DNA of 64,000 nt from Methanomassiliicoccales archaeon (GTDB lineage: Archaea; Thermoplasmatota; Thermoplasmata; Methanomassiliicoccales; JAAEEP01): NCBI GenBank assembly GCA_013415695.1, contig JAAEEP010000001.1, positions 68,621-132,620 on the forward strand. The letters are read 5' to 3'. The notes beneath the pieces are model-generated. The model was not told the origin of the DNA. It worked only from the letters and a program-made list of their open reading frames with translations, and searched no databases. Numbering within the stretch: position 1 is the stretch's first letter; the number at the start of each line of letters is the position of its first letter. Shown piece by piece: positions 53,040 to 62,757 of the stretch. The translations under genes and the position numbers were made by a program.

Positions 53040-53388
53040 GACATCACCCCTGCAAATCTCATGCCAGAGATTGCATATCCCACACCATCTAAGGGAAAGA
53101 CGTGGCCATCATAGTTGTTCTTGGATTCCTTATGAACATTCAATGAGAATAGTTATATTTGTATCGTTCTGGATTTCGTCGCTGGTTCCATCTGGAAAAG
53201 GAATGAAACTGAAATTGGAAAGGTGTATCAAACGCCTGGTAAACCCGCAAAGAACGTTGGACAAGTATCTTCCAGATCGACATTCTGCGATTGTGAGATT
53301 TAAAGTTTGCAGTCTCGCTGATTCCTCAGAAGTTAGTGCGAAATATTGATAGCGTCCGTTGGGCAATGTTAGGTCCGTGCCTGCTTCC

Positions 53389-54954
53389 ATGGATGATTTC
53401 GCTGATCTTTGCGAGATGGTGGCCTCCACAAGCTCTAGGAAGCGGAAGGTCGAGTTCATTGCCGGGTTCCTAGATACACTGGATAGCAACGAGATTAAAC
53501 CGGCCATACTATTACTGCTGGGTAGGCCCTTCCCTGAGATGGACTCAAGGAAGCTTGATGTGGGGTATGTCACCATCGAGAAGGTGCAGAGTGGAGCACG
53601 ACAGAGCACGCTTTTCGACGAGAAGGTAATGTTGGTCGATGTCATCCCAATGCTATACCAAATCGCCGATAGCACTGGACCTGGATCAAGGAAGGTAAAG
53701 GAGAACTTACTCAGAAACCTTTTCGGAAGGCTCTCTCCACTTGCAGGGAAGTACCTGAAGCGGAGCCTATACAGGGAAATGAGGATAGGGGCCAGTGAGG
53801 GCGTGATACTGGAAGGGATAGCTAGAGCATCTGGGAAAGATCTGGAAGAGGTGAAGAGAGCTAACATGATCCTGGGCGACATCGGTAGACTGGCAGAGAT
53901 GGCTCTGGCTAGAGAGGAATTTGAAATCTCGGCAAGAATGTTCGTCCCAATACGTCCGATGCTCGCGGAGACCGCTGAATCGGTGGATGTAGCCCTCCGA
54001 ATCATGGGAAAAGCTGCCTTCGAGTACAAACTGGATGGTGTGAGGGTCCAGGTTCACAAGGATGGAGACGAGGTCAGGGTTTTCAGCCGAAGGCTAACAG
54101 AGGTGACTGAGAGTCTTGTCGAGATCCTGGAAATGGCTAAGGCTTTTCCTGAGAGGAGATACATTGTTGAGGGAGAGGTGGTGGCATATAGAGAACGCCC
54201 CCTTCCATTCCAGGATCTAATGAGAAGGTTCAGAAGGATAAATGAAGTTGAGGAGATGAGCAAGATCGTTCCCATCAGGCTATTCCTTTTCGACATCCTG
54301 CTCAGAGGCCAGAGAGACCTCATGTCAATCCCATATCAAAAAAGGTATGAAGAATTGGCATCGATTTTCCCTGCAGACCTCCTCGCCCCGCGGATTGTGA
54401 CATCTAGCTATGAGAAGGCCAATGAATTCTACGAGAAAGCATTAGAGGATGGACACGAGGGGGTGATCGCAAAGGAACTTGATAGTCAATACACCATGGG
54501 AAAGAGGGGAAGGAAGTGGTTGAAGATAAAACGGAGTCACACTCTTGATCTGGTGATAGTTGCAGCAGAGTGGGGTCATGGAAGAAGGCGGGGTTGGTTG
54601 AGCGATTATTACCTCGCAGCCGTTGAAGGTAGTGGGTTTTCAGTGGTTGGGAAGACCTTCAAGGGCCTTACTGACACCGAATTCGAATGGATGACAAGAA
54701 GGCTTCTAGAACTGAAGATCGAAGAGGAGGACTATGTGGTCACGGTCCAACCACGGATAGTCGTGGAAGTGGCTTTTGATGAAGTACAGGCCAGTTCAAA
54801 ATATCCATCGAAGATGTCTTTGAGATTTGCCAGGATAAAGGCCATTAGGGAAGATAAGCCCCCCGAGGATGCGGATACCTTTAGTGAGGTTGAGAGGATA
54901 TACAACTTGCAGTTCGATAGAAAGGAGCGATTCGAAACGGATGCAGAGCTTTGA
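53389..54954 (+). CDS. lig: ATP-dependent DNA ligase
   Basis: ATG at 53389 (the track uses TTG at 53359). Adenylation motif EYKLDGVRVQVH, with EGEVV, LFLFDIL and WLKIK. Confidence 0.9.
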   Translation: MDDFADLCEMVASTSSRKRKVEFIAGFLDTLDSNEIKPAILLLLGRPFPEMDSRKLDVGYVTIEKVQSGARQSTLFDEKVMLVDVIPMLYQIADSTGPGSRKVKENLLRNLFGRLSPLAGKYLKRSLYREMRIGASEGVILEGIARASGKDLEEVKRANMILGDIGRLAEMALAREEFEISARMFVPIRPMLAETAESVDVALRIMGKAAFEYKLDGVRVQVHKDGDEVRVFSRRLTEVTESLVEILEMAKAFPERRYIVEGEVVAYRERPLPFQDLMRRFRRINEVEEMSKIVPIRLFLFDILLRGQRDLMSIPYQKRYEELASIFPADLLAPRIVTSSYEKANEFYEKALEDGHEGVIAKELDSQYTMGKRGRKWLKIKRSHTLDLVIVAAEWGHGRRRGWLSDYYLAAVEGSGFSVVGKTFKGLTDTEFEWMTRRLLELKIEEEDYVVTVQPRIVVEVAFDEVQASSKYPSKMSLRFARIKAIREDKPPEDADTFSEVERIYNLQFDRKERFETDAEL

Positions 54955-54998
54955 TTGCCGATGACCTCAATAAAAAAGAAATATCTGACAGCAATTCG

Positions 54999-56174
54999 AT
55001 GATGATGCCCCGCGATTTGATTGTGGTAGGCGGAGGACCTATTGGAAGCAGGGTGGCGGAGGGAACCGCCAAAGAGTGTGATACTGTTATCCTGGAGGAG
55101 CATTCTTTTCCAGGAAAGCCAGTCCAGTGTGCTGGTTTGGTCACTCCAAGGGTGGTGGGGGCCGCGGATGCTGAACGGGCTGTGTTGAACGAGCTTCGTG
55201 GGGCATTGATACATTTTCCTGGTGGAGAAGATCTGGAAATCATGGCAGAGGAAACTAAGGCCGTGGTGATCGACAGGGCGGAATTTGATGTCATCTGCCA
55301 TGAGAGGGCCCTGAAGAATGGGGCTGAATTTCTTTCTAATCACAGGTTCAGGCAACTCCAATCCTCAGCCAATGGAATGGCCTTGAAAGTGGATTCCCCT
55401 AACGGCGAGAAGATTTTCCACACTCGGCTGGTGGTAGGTGCTGATGGGTGGAAGTCCAATGTCGGAAAAAAGGCTGGACTGAAAGGGCCACGCGAGATGA
55501 TCAAAGGAATACAGGTGGACTTGGACCACCAGGTCGAGGATCAGGATAGGGTGGAGGTCTTTCTAGGGAGCGGTTGGGCTCCTGGATTCTTCGCCTGGAG
55601 CATACCCTGCGGTGATTTCACTAGGGTGGGTCTTTGCGTGTCTTCCGGAAATTCAGCCCCGAGCAGCTTCCTTGATAAATTGCTCGGGAGAATGAAATTG
55701 GACGATGCCACGAGACTAAGGACGATGGGAGGAGCTATTCCTCTGGGAACCGTTCCAAGAAGTTACACTGATCGGGTCATGTTGGTAGGTGATGCGGCAG
55801 CCCAGGCAAAACCTTTGAGCGGTGGAGGGCTGTATACAGGAATGGTGGCAGCGGACTATGCTGCCTCCACGGCAATAGAATCACTAGACGAAGATGATCT
55901 ATCTAAGAAGAGCCTGTCAAGGTACGAGATAGGATGGAAGGGAGCTCTTGGCAGGGAACTAGAACGGGGGTATAGACTGAGAAAGGTCTTCCTTCGGATG
56001 AACGACAAAAAGCTGGACGAGGTTGGGAAGATTCTCAAGAAGCCAGAAGTTGAGGAACTTCTTTCCAGCGGGGACATAGACCAACCCAGTCTTCTTGCGC
56101 CAAAGGTGCTGAGGCTGGTCCCCTCTCTGGTTAGGTTCTCTCCACAGATCCTGGGCTCGTTCCTATCGAGATGA
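54999..56174 (+). CDS. geranylgeranyl reductase family protein (paralogue 2; candidate digeranylgeranylglycerophospholipid reductase)
   Basis: First ATG at 54999 (TTG at 54951 overlaps lig). LIVVGGGPIGSRVA, GFFAWSIP and VGDAAAQAKPLSGGGL. Confidence 0.85.
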   Translation: MMMPRDLIVVGGGPIGSRVAEGTAKECDTVILEEHSFPGKPVQCAGLVTPRVVGAADAERAVLNELRGALIHFPGGEDLEIMAEETKAVVIDRAEFDVICHERALKNGAEFLSNHRFRQLQSSANGMALKVDSPNGEKIFHTRLVVGADGWKSNVGKKAGLKGPREMIKGIQVDLDHQVEDQDRVEVFLGSGWAPGFFAWSIPCGDFTRVGLCVSSGNSAPSSFLDKLLGRMKLDDATRLRTMGGAIPLGTVPRSYTDRVMLVGDAAAQAKPLSGGGLYTGMVAADYAASTAIESLDEDDLSKKSLSRYEIGWKGALGRELERGYRLRKVFLRMNDKKLDEVGKILKKPEVEELLSSGDIDQPSLLAPKVLRLVPSLVRFSPQILGSFLSR

Positions 56175-57235
56175 GGCGTTGGAAGTTGGGAAAAATGGAT
56201 TGTGGTGAAGATGGCGGTTCGCGGCTGGCCAAAGTACCCCGCTCCCGCGCCGAAGAAGTCCGAAAGGGACTGAAGAGAGTGGGGTCCGTAAGGAAGGACA
56301 GGAAGATCGTGGAGGATGGTGATTACGTCCTTATTCCTCTTAACCAAGGGTTCGACACCATGAAGATGGAGGAGATGGGCATTGAGGTCGTCGAGGGAGA
56401 TACGGATTCAAGGTGCTGTTACCGCTCACCTATGGAGAGGATCATCGACAAAATCGAGTTGGAGGACTGGGCGCTCCCGTTCTTACCGAGGAAATGGGAG
56501 AGAGTTGGAGACATCCTCATAATGAGATTTCCCAAGGAGATCGCACAATTGAAGATACAGGTGGCCAAGACCTACGCGGAAGTACTGGAAGCTAAGACGG
56601 TTTGTGAGGATTTGAGAGGCATCTCAGGGGTTTACCGATTACCATCTGTGGAAGTAATTCTGGGAACGGATACTGAAACGATTCATTATGAAAACGGGGT
56701 ACATTTCATGATGGATGTCAAAAGAGTCATGTTCTCCTCAGGCAATGTTGATGAACGCCTGAGAATGGGAAATATCGACTGCTCGGGAGAAACTGTGGTG
56801 GACATGTTCGCGGGCATCGGTTACTTCACGCTTCCCTTGGCGGTGCATGGCAATCCACACAATGTCATTGCTTGCGAGATCAATCGGGATGCTCAGCACT
56901 ACCTGGAAAAGAATTTGGAACTCAACGGAGTAGAATCTGTAGTAGAGATATTCGGGGGGGATAATCGGGATCTTCCTTTGAGTCAAGTCGCTGACCGGGT
57001 GATCATGGGATATGTTGGCACAGGTGAATTCTTGGAGAAGGGCATCGATCTGGTAAAGCCGGGCGGGATAGTGCATTATCACGACACCGCCCCTGTGGAT
57101 CAGGTTGGTTTGCTAGAGGCTTTCGTCCTCAAGGCTGCTAAGGAAAGGGGTGCTGAGATAATCTCATTAAGAGAAGTGAAATCGTACGCACCCGCGGTTT
57201 CTCACTTCGTTGTGGATTTCAAGGTTCTACGATAG
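56171..57235 (+). CDS. Trm5/Taw2 (TYW2) family tRNA methyl/aminocarboxypropyl transferase
   Basis: 354 aa with an ATGA overlap with the upstream gene. VVDMFAGIGYFTLPLA SAM motif and the N-terminal D1-type domain. Confidence 0.8.
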   Translation: MRRWKLGKMDCGEDGGSRLAKVPRSRAEEVRKGLKRVGSVRKDRKIVEDGDYVLIPLNQGFDTMKMEEMGIEVVEGDTDSRCCYRSPMERIIDKIELEDWALPFLPRKWERVGDILIMRFPKEIAQLKIQVAKTYAEVLEAKTVCEDLRGISGVYRLPSVEVILGTDTETIHYENGVHFMMDVKRVMFSSGNVDERLRMGNIDCSGETVVDMFAGIGYFTLPLAVHGNPHNVIACEINRDAQHYLEKNLELNGVESVVEIFGGDNRDLPLSQVADRVIMGYVGTGEFLEKGIDLVKPGGIVHYHDTAPVDQVGLLEAFVLKAAKERGAEIISLREVKSYAPAVSHFVVDFKVLR

Positions 57236-57237
57236 GC

Positions 57238-58776
57238 TCAGTCTCTCACTACTTCCTCCACCGCACCACTGGCATCCACCAGGACCTTGAGGGCGTCGTG
57301 GTACTCTTCTCCCTCAGATTCAATAAGGCGGGAGGCGAATTGAGCAAGGTAGCCGCCAAAATCCTTCTCCTCGCTGGTGAACTGCCAGCCTTTGGAGTCA
57401 GCTGCTTCAAGCGCAGAGATGAAAGCGTATATGACAGCTCTCATCCTGTGACCCCGGGAACGCACCTTCTCGATGGCTCTTAGAGTGGCTTCCTTTCCCT
57501 CAATCTTGAATGTCCTGGCTATGGAATTGGCCAGTTCCCCAACCTCGCCCAGTGATGCGTACGATGGCAGTGATAATTCAATCTCCCGATTCATATGAAC
57601 ACGATGTGCTTCTTTCAAAAGAGCGGAAGGTGAATCATCCTTGACTGATTTCCTGGCAACATAAATATCCTCATCATCAGCGACGTATGAAAGCAATTTC
57701 TTGGAGTGTTCTGACCAAAGATAGGCGATTATTCTGCCAGCTAGATCGGACTCAGAGATGATTGGAACATCCTTCTCTTTCAGCAGATTGGAGAGAGCCT
57801 CTTTCTCAACCTCGCTTCCGCGTATTCTCTCCAAGAATGTCTCCTTATCAGTCCCGAAACACTGGTCACCCACGATATAAAGGGTCCTGCCGGAGTTTCT
57901 AATGGCTGCGAGCTTCTCCTCCAAGTACCTTTCCACAAGGGTCAAGTCGTCGATATCGCCAGAGAGATATTGGCTAGCCAGTGATGACGAGATCTTGTAA
58001 TCCTGGCCAACCGCGCAGTCATCCTCCCCGCCAAGGTAATCAAAATCATGCTCAACATTTATGTTGAAATCATCTGTTGGATCGCGGGCAGCAATTCTCC
58101 TCGCTAGATTCTGGACCAGATTTTCCTCCTTCAGACATTCCGAGCATACTGTTATGGTGACTTTGGCAGAAACCCATTCAAGAATCAGCTTAGTCCTTGT
58201 ATCTTCATGACCGCAGCTCCCACTCTTGTCTAGCCGGTAAGGTGCATCCGCCATCATTTCCTCTACATATGCGGGTGGGACCTTGGGATCAGACGAGCAG
58301 AGCAAACGCTCTTCGGTGGAGTAGAGATGTATGTCCCTCTTTCTGGCGATATCCCAATATGCCAGGAGTCTTAGGTCAGGGTCATCGAAATGTTGAACGC
58401 CAATCAGCTTCTCCTTGTCCACCTTCCCCCTGACTGCGTAGGATATATCCCCGGATGGCACCTTGGCGGTCGCCAAGAATGGTATCTTACCCGCTGCTGC
58501 CAATGATATTGTGGCAGCATATGCCCTCACAAGTTGATCTCCACGCATGGCAAGTGCCTGCAGCCTTTCAGCATTGTCCGAATATGTCTGGATCTTCTCC
58601 ATCTTCTTCAGAATCTTATCAAAATCACATTTCCTGCATTTGTCAATACAGGTAGGCATCAGAATGGAAGGGTTCTTTGCCAACTCCCTAGATCTCTCCA
58701 GGAGTTCTTTTTCCAGTTTCTTTGGAGTCGCCTTTGCTCCCCTGAATCTCCTAGGTCTCGCCATCATAGTGCGCAA
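57238..58776 (-). CDS. hypothetical protein (512 aa) with Cys clusters
   Basis: Long uninterrupted ORF with no family recognised. Cys motifs CIDKCRKC, SCGHED and VCSEC. Confidence 0.7.
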   Translation of the reverse strand: MRTMMARPRRFRGAKATPKKLEKELLERSRELAKNPSILMPTCIDKCRKCDFDKILKKMEKIQTYSDNAERLQALAMRGDQLVRAYAATISLAAAGKIPFLATAKVPSGDISYAVRGKVDKEKLIGVQHFDDPDLRLLAYWDIARKRDIHLYSTEERLLCSSDPKVPPAYVEEMMADAPYRLDKSGSCGHEDTRTKLILEWVSAKVTITVCSECLKEENLVQNLARRIAARDPTDDFNINVEHDFDYLGGEDDCAVGQDYKISSSLASQYLSGDIDDLTLVERYLEEKLAAIRNSGRTLYIVGDQCFGTDKETFLERIRGSEVEKEALSNLLKEKDVPIISESDLAGRIIAYLWSEHSKKLLSYVADDEDIYVARKSVKDDSPSALLKEAHRVHMNREIELSLPSYASLGEVGELANSIARTFKIEGKEATLRAIEKVRSRGHRMRAVIYAFISALEAADSKGWQFTSEEKDFGGYLAQFASRLIESEGEEYHDALKVLVDASGAVEEVVRD

Positions 58777-58897
58777 GGGAGAAGGGTTGCTTAATCCTTT
58801 TCATTGCATCCTTTAATCCTAATCCACGAAATTGGTCCCAAGAGGGATATCTCTTTGTCGCGTGTGAAATGATTACGAAGTAAATTTATGCAAAGAG

Positions 58898-59659
58898 GTG
58901 TTTGAGAGGGTGAGTGATGAGTTGAGGGAAAGGAAAGAGCGTGCCAGAGGATACCTGGAAGGCTACGAAGATGGTCTAAAAGAAGCTTGGGATGACTTCA
59001 TGGGACTGACCACAAAGGGGTACCAATCAAGAGAGATCCGTATTCTAGCCAAGAGTAAGATCTTGAACATCCAGAAAAGGGTGGACACGAAAAGGAAAGA
59101 GGTAGAATCTGAGTTGGGCGAGAGCCTTGAGGAGGCCCCCTCGGTCCTCGAGAAGAAATCAGATCCAGTTGCGAAGATATCAGCGGGTGGCACATATATT
59201 ATCGAGGAACTGAACCCCGATAGATCATTTACGACTCTGAGATCACTCATTGAAAGTGGGTATAAAGGGCTCTGTGTCAGCAGGATCGAGCCGAAAAAGG
59301 TCGCGAGTAGGTACGGAGTGGAAGCCCAGCTGATATGGTTGACCAAGACTGAAGTCCCAGAATCCGCGAAGAAGGGAATGGCCGAAATAGACTTCATGAC
59401 TCTTTCGCCAACAGGTCTGGATATGCTCACTACAATCATCATGAATTTCCTAAAAGAAGAAGGTGACAAGGTAATCTTGCTGGGAGGAATGGATTACTTG
59501 ATGACCTACAACGAATTTTCCAAGATTCTCCGACTCCTGCAGAACATGAAGGACCGTGTCACCTATGCAGGGGCGATAATGTTGATCCCTTACGATCCAA
59601 GCCTGCTTGACGAAAAGGACCTGAGAAGACTGAGAAGCGAGATCGAGGAGCAGCTGTAA
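58898..59659 (+). CDS. DUF835-like protein (P-loop-less RecA/KaiC-like fold, inferred)
   Basis: 253 aa; the start is GTG at 58898 or 58910. The C-terminal domain (KGLCVSRIEPKKV...IWLTK...VILLGGMDYLMTYNEF...) resembles DUF835. Confidence 0.7.
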   Translation: MFERVSDELRERKERARGYLEGYEDGLKEAWDDFMGLTTKGYQSREIRILAKSKILNIQKRVDTKRKEVESELGESLEEAPSVLEKKSDPVAKISAGGTYIIEELNPDRSFTTLRSLIESGYKGLCVSRIEPKKVASRYGVEAQLIWLTKTEVPESAKKGMAEIDFMTLSPTGLDMLTTIIMNFLKEEGDKVILLGGMDYLMTYNEFSKILRLLQNMKDRVTYAGAIMLIPYDPSLLDEKDLRRLRSEIEEQL

Positions 59660-59747
59660 AATCAGAAAATAGTATACACTGAAGAAAGATGCACTCAAGG
59701 GCTTCCAGTGCTGAGTAAATCGAGATCTATGTACTTCTTACTCAATA

Positions 59748-60032
59748 CTAGGGCGTCTTGTTTTGCATATAAATCTCAATTGAAGATACGTTAGCGGTTG
59801 TACCTCCTTCTCCGGACAATTGCTCGGTCTGGATCTTGATGTCCATGACCTCGGCATTGTGTATGAACCTGTTCCTTACTATCTCAGCTACATCAACGGC
59901 TCGACTGATGGCTCTTCCTCTGGCCTTGATTATGACGTCCGTTGATCCACTGTTGAATTGGGTTACGACTGCTAGAACATAGTTCATGGTTGGTTTCTTG
60001 CCAATGTACACTGTGTTTTCCTCTGCCATCAT
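59748..60032 (-). CDS. albA: Alba DNA/RNA-binding protein
   Basis: 94 aa: [21 protein letters not shown]...[23 protein letters not shown]. Confidence 0.9.
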   Translation of the reverse strand: MMAEENTVYIGKKPTMNYVLAVVTQFNSGSTDVIIKARGRAISRAVDVAEIVRNRFIHNAEVMDIKIQTEQLSGEGGTTANVSSIEIYMQNKTP

Positions 60033-60054
60033 TGACCCCCCTGTTGGTGTTGCT

Positions 60055-60062
60055 AATTTATA
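60055..60062 (-). promoter_or_regulatory. TATA box (TATAAATT on the minus strand) for albA; leaderless-type spacing
   Basis: Centred about 26 nt upstream of the albA ATG (60032), with no SD in between. Confidence 0.4.
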
Positions 60063-60179
60063 CCATTTGGAGCGTATTTATTTGTTTCGAAGTGCTGCAA
60101 ACCTTTACTTGCCTAACGATTGGGATCCTGATCGATGCATTTTGGATTCGGTTGATTCTTCTCAATCTCTTGATTAAGT

Positions 60180-61088
60180 TCATCTCTTGAACTGGCGAGG
60201 ATCGATGAAGTTTCTCCCCTTTTTCAGATACTTTCCGACCTCTTCCTCCACATCCCTCTTCAATATCAAACCAGAGTAATGCATCAGGGTATCATCTAGA
60301 TCTGGCTCACGATCCATGGAAGCAAGACATGGATAGTGGTGATGAAGAAGCCCCGCCTTTTCTACGGCCTCATCGATCCTCGCCCCTGCGATATTCTTGG
60401 CCACGAAGGCCGTGCATCCACATGGTGCCCCTCTTCTTACCCTCATTTCGCTTACTGTTCTTCCATCATCAGTAGTGATCTCAAACTCTGGTTTCCCGAA
60501 GACCTCCGCGAACCTATCTATTGCCTCGGAGCCTATCGGCTCGAGGGAGCAGAACGGCCTGGGAAATGATGTCTCCACACCCCAACGAAGCATAGTCCTC
60601 TTAATCTGGGTGATCTGACCCGGTGGCATCCACTCGGTGCGGTCCACTGGTGCAATGAGCGCAATAGCTCCGCTTTCCTTCACTATATCTGGCACCAGCT
60701 GGGGTGTGTTATTTCCCTCAGAAAGAAAAAGGACGAGATCGGCCTTGGGGATCTCACCGGGTATGAGCGGTTCAGGATCATCGACGACCTCTGGGATCTC
60801 ATCCGTCAACTCGATCCACTCTACAGTCCATGTTGGTGGCGAGACCTTCTTCAACCAATCAAGGATTCTTCTCCCATACTCCCCTTGAATGACGACCAGC
60901 AAGATCATGGCCTCGCCAAGATCCCTTGGAAGTACGGAGTATTCTATCCTCTCAGGATTTACCCTTTCCAGAGGATTTCGATCGATGGATGGTCTGGATT
61001 CAAACTCCAATGCGGCTTCCTCCAGCATTTCGGCAATGCCCTGAGATACCTCACTATCGGGATGAATCATCACCGTCTCATAGCCCAT
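60180..61088 (-). CDS. conserved hypothetical protein, possibly DUF166-like
   Basis: 302-aa ORF. The segment MILLVVIQGEYGRRILDWL, plus the GAPCGC and HHHYPCLASM motifs, resemble my recollection of the DUF166 family (unverified). The frame stays open 91 codons upstream without a start codon. Confidence 0.65.
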   Translation of the reverse strand: MGYETVMIHPDSEVSQGIAEMLEEAALEFESRPSIDRNPLERVNPERIEYSVLPRDLGEAMILLVVIQGEYGRRILDWLKKVSPPTWTVEWIELTDEIPEVVDDPEPLIPGEIPKADLVLFLSEGNNTPQLVPDIVKESGAIALIAPVDRTEWMPPGQITQIKRTMLRWGVETSFPRPFCSLEPIGSEAIDRFAEVFGKPEFEITTDDGRTVSEMRVRRGAPCGCTAFVAKNIAGARIDEAVEKAGLLHHHYPCLASMDREPDLDDTLMHYSGLILKRDVEEEVGKYLKKGRNFIDPRQFKR

Positions 61089-61391
61089 TTCAGATAATAG
61101 TTGAGTAGAATCTCTTGGATCGTGGACCCTGATGCGCTCCCCTCTTAGATCAAGGAAAATGCAATTGTATCTTCTCTCTTCTTTTGGAGATCCAGTGAAG
61201 GATACGGTAATGGGAGTGTACTGAAGTTTTCCATCAAGCCTTACGGCAAGTACATGGAGTGCACCGATTATCGCCTCTCCCTTCAGCGACCTGGAGAATT
61301 TAACGAGCAGGATTCCACCTCGATGTAATGACGTCTTCTCGCCTTGGAAATCCCATGCTTCCTACTATTGAAGGAGTAGTGCCAAGTCATC

Positions 61392-62642
61392 TCATGGGAA
61401 GATGCCCCTCAGCTCAATAACCTTCACTACCTCCGTCATCGCCACAATGTAAGCGGCCCACCTCATGTCCACTCCCTCAAGCTGACTGGTGGAGAATACC
61501 TTGGAGAAGGACTGAACGATGATGCCCTTCAACCTCTCCTTGATCTCTTCCAAGGACCATGAAAAATGTTGTAGCCCCTGGACCCATTCGAAATAGCTGA
61601 CCGTCACACCCCCAGCATTGGCAAGTATATCTGGAATCACCATGATGCCCTTCTCCGATAATATTCGGTCAGCCGCAGGAGAGGTGGGCCCATTTGCTCC
61701 TTCCGCCACGATGATCGCCTTGATGTTATCGGCATTCTTGTCGGTGATGCTGTTCTCAAGAGCGGCGGGAACCAAGATGTCGCACTCCATTTCCAACAAC
61801 TCCTCGTTGGAGACGCAGACCGCCTTGGGATATTCCATCACTGTACCTGTTCGGCGCTTGTGTTCGTAGACCTTTCTTGGATCCAGACCGTGTTTGTTCA
61901 TTATCCCACCGGTAGAATCACTTACTGCGATCACATCACACCCCGCCTCCTCATTTAAAAGACGAGCTGCATGCCATCCTACATTCCCATAGCCTTGTAT
62001 TGCCACCTTGGCTCCCTTTAGCTTGAGACCCTTCACTCTGGCGGCTTCCTCCACGGCATCCATGAGACCCCTAGAGGTGGCCTCCTCCCTTCCCAAAGAC
62101 CCGCCAATCTCAATGGGCTTCCCAGTAACTACCTCTGGTATGGAATATCCATGCTTCATGCTGTAAGTGTCCATTATCCAAGCCATGATCTGGGGATCAG
62201 TATACATGTCTGGCGCAGGAATGTCCACCTTCGGTCCTATCATGTGAGATATTTCCTCCGTGAATCTCCTAGTTACCCGCTCGAGTTCATTCTTACTATA
62301 TTGCTTGACATCGATTTTGACTCCGCCTTTTGCGCCACCATAGGGGAGGTTGACCACAGCACATTTCCATGTCATGAGCATTGAAAGAGCCCTGATCTCA
62401 TTGATCCCGACATGAGGATGGTACCTTATCCCCCCCTTGGTTGGTCCTCTTGCCAGGTTGTGCTGAACACGGTAACCGGTGAGTACCTCAATCCTTCCGC
62501 TATCCATCTTCACAGGGAAATTGACAGTGAGCTCCTTCGCTGGCTTCTTAAGAATTTCGATGATTCCCTTGTCAATGCCAAGATGGGCTCCTACCTTTTC
62601 CACTTGGGCCTTTACAACCTCATATGGATTATCATATGGCAT
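61392..62642 (-). CDS. gdhA: glutamate dehydrogenase
   Basis: 416 aa with PYGGAKGGVKID and GYGNVG. GGAGGT SD 7 nt upstream of the ATG. Confidence 0.92.
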   Translation of the reverse strand: MPYDNPYEVVKAQVEKVGAHLGIDKGIIEILKKPAKELTVNFPVKMDSGRIEVLTGYRVQHNLARGPTKGGIRYHPHVGINEIRALSMLMTWKCAVVNLPYGGAKGGVKIDVKQYSKNELERVTRRFTEEISHMIGPKVDIPAPDMYTDPQIMAWIMDTYSMKHGYSIPEVVTGKPIEIGGSLGREEATSRGLMDAVEEAARVKGLKLKGAKVAIQGYGNVGWHAARLLNEEAGCDVIAVSDSTGGIMNKHGLDPRKVYEHKRRTGTVMEYPKAVCVSNEELLEMECDILVPAALENSITDKNADNIKAIIVAEGANGPTSPAADRILSEKGIMVIPDILANAGGVTVSYFEWVQGLQHFSWSLEEIKERLKGIIVQSFSKVFSTSQLEGVDMRWAAYIVAMTEVVKVIELRGIFP

Positions 62643-62757
62643 TAAATACCTCCATTAGTCCCCTTTTCAGGTCGCAAGTATTTATTGAACCATTTGGTAT
62701 ATATTCTCTGCAGAAAAAGTGCAGGAATAATAGATATCAGTCACGGTAGTTGAAGGT

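Noticed and set aside
53130-54029. 299-aa ORF on the minus strand
   Set aside because: It lies entirely antisense to the well-supported DNA ligase gene. It has a Ser/Leu/Arg-rich, low-complexity composition typical of antisense frames, and no motif.
57238-58776. CIDKCRKC in the 512-aa protein as a radical-SAM cluster site
   Set aside because: The spacing matches CxxxCxxC, but there is no aromatic residue before the third Cys. I also could not see a GGE/SAM-binding motif or a TIM-barrel pattern. It is kept only as a generic metal-binding possibility.
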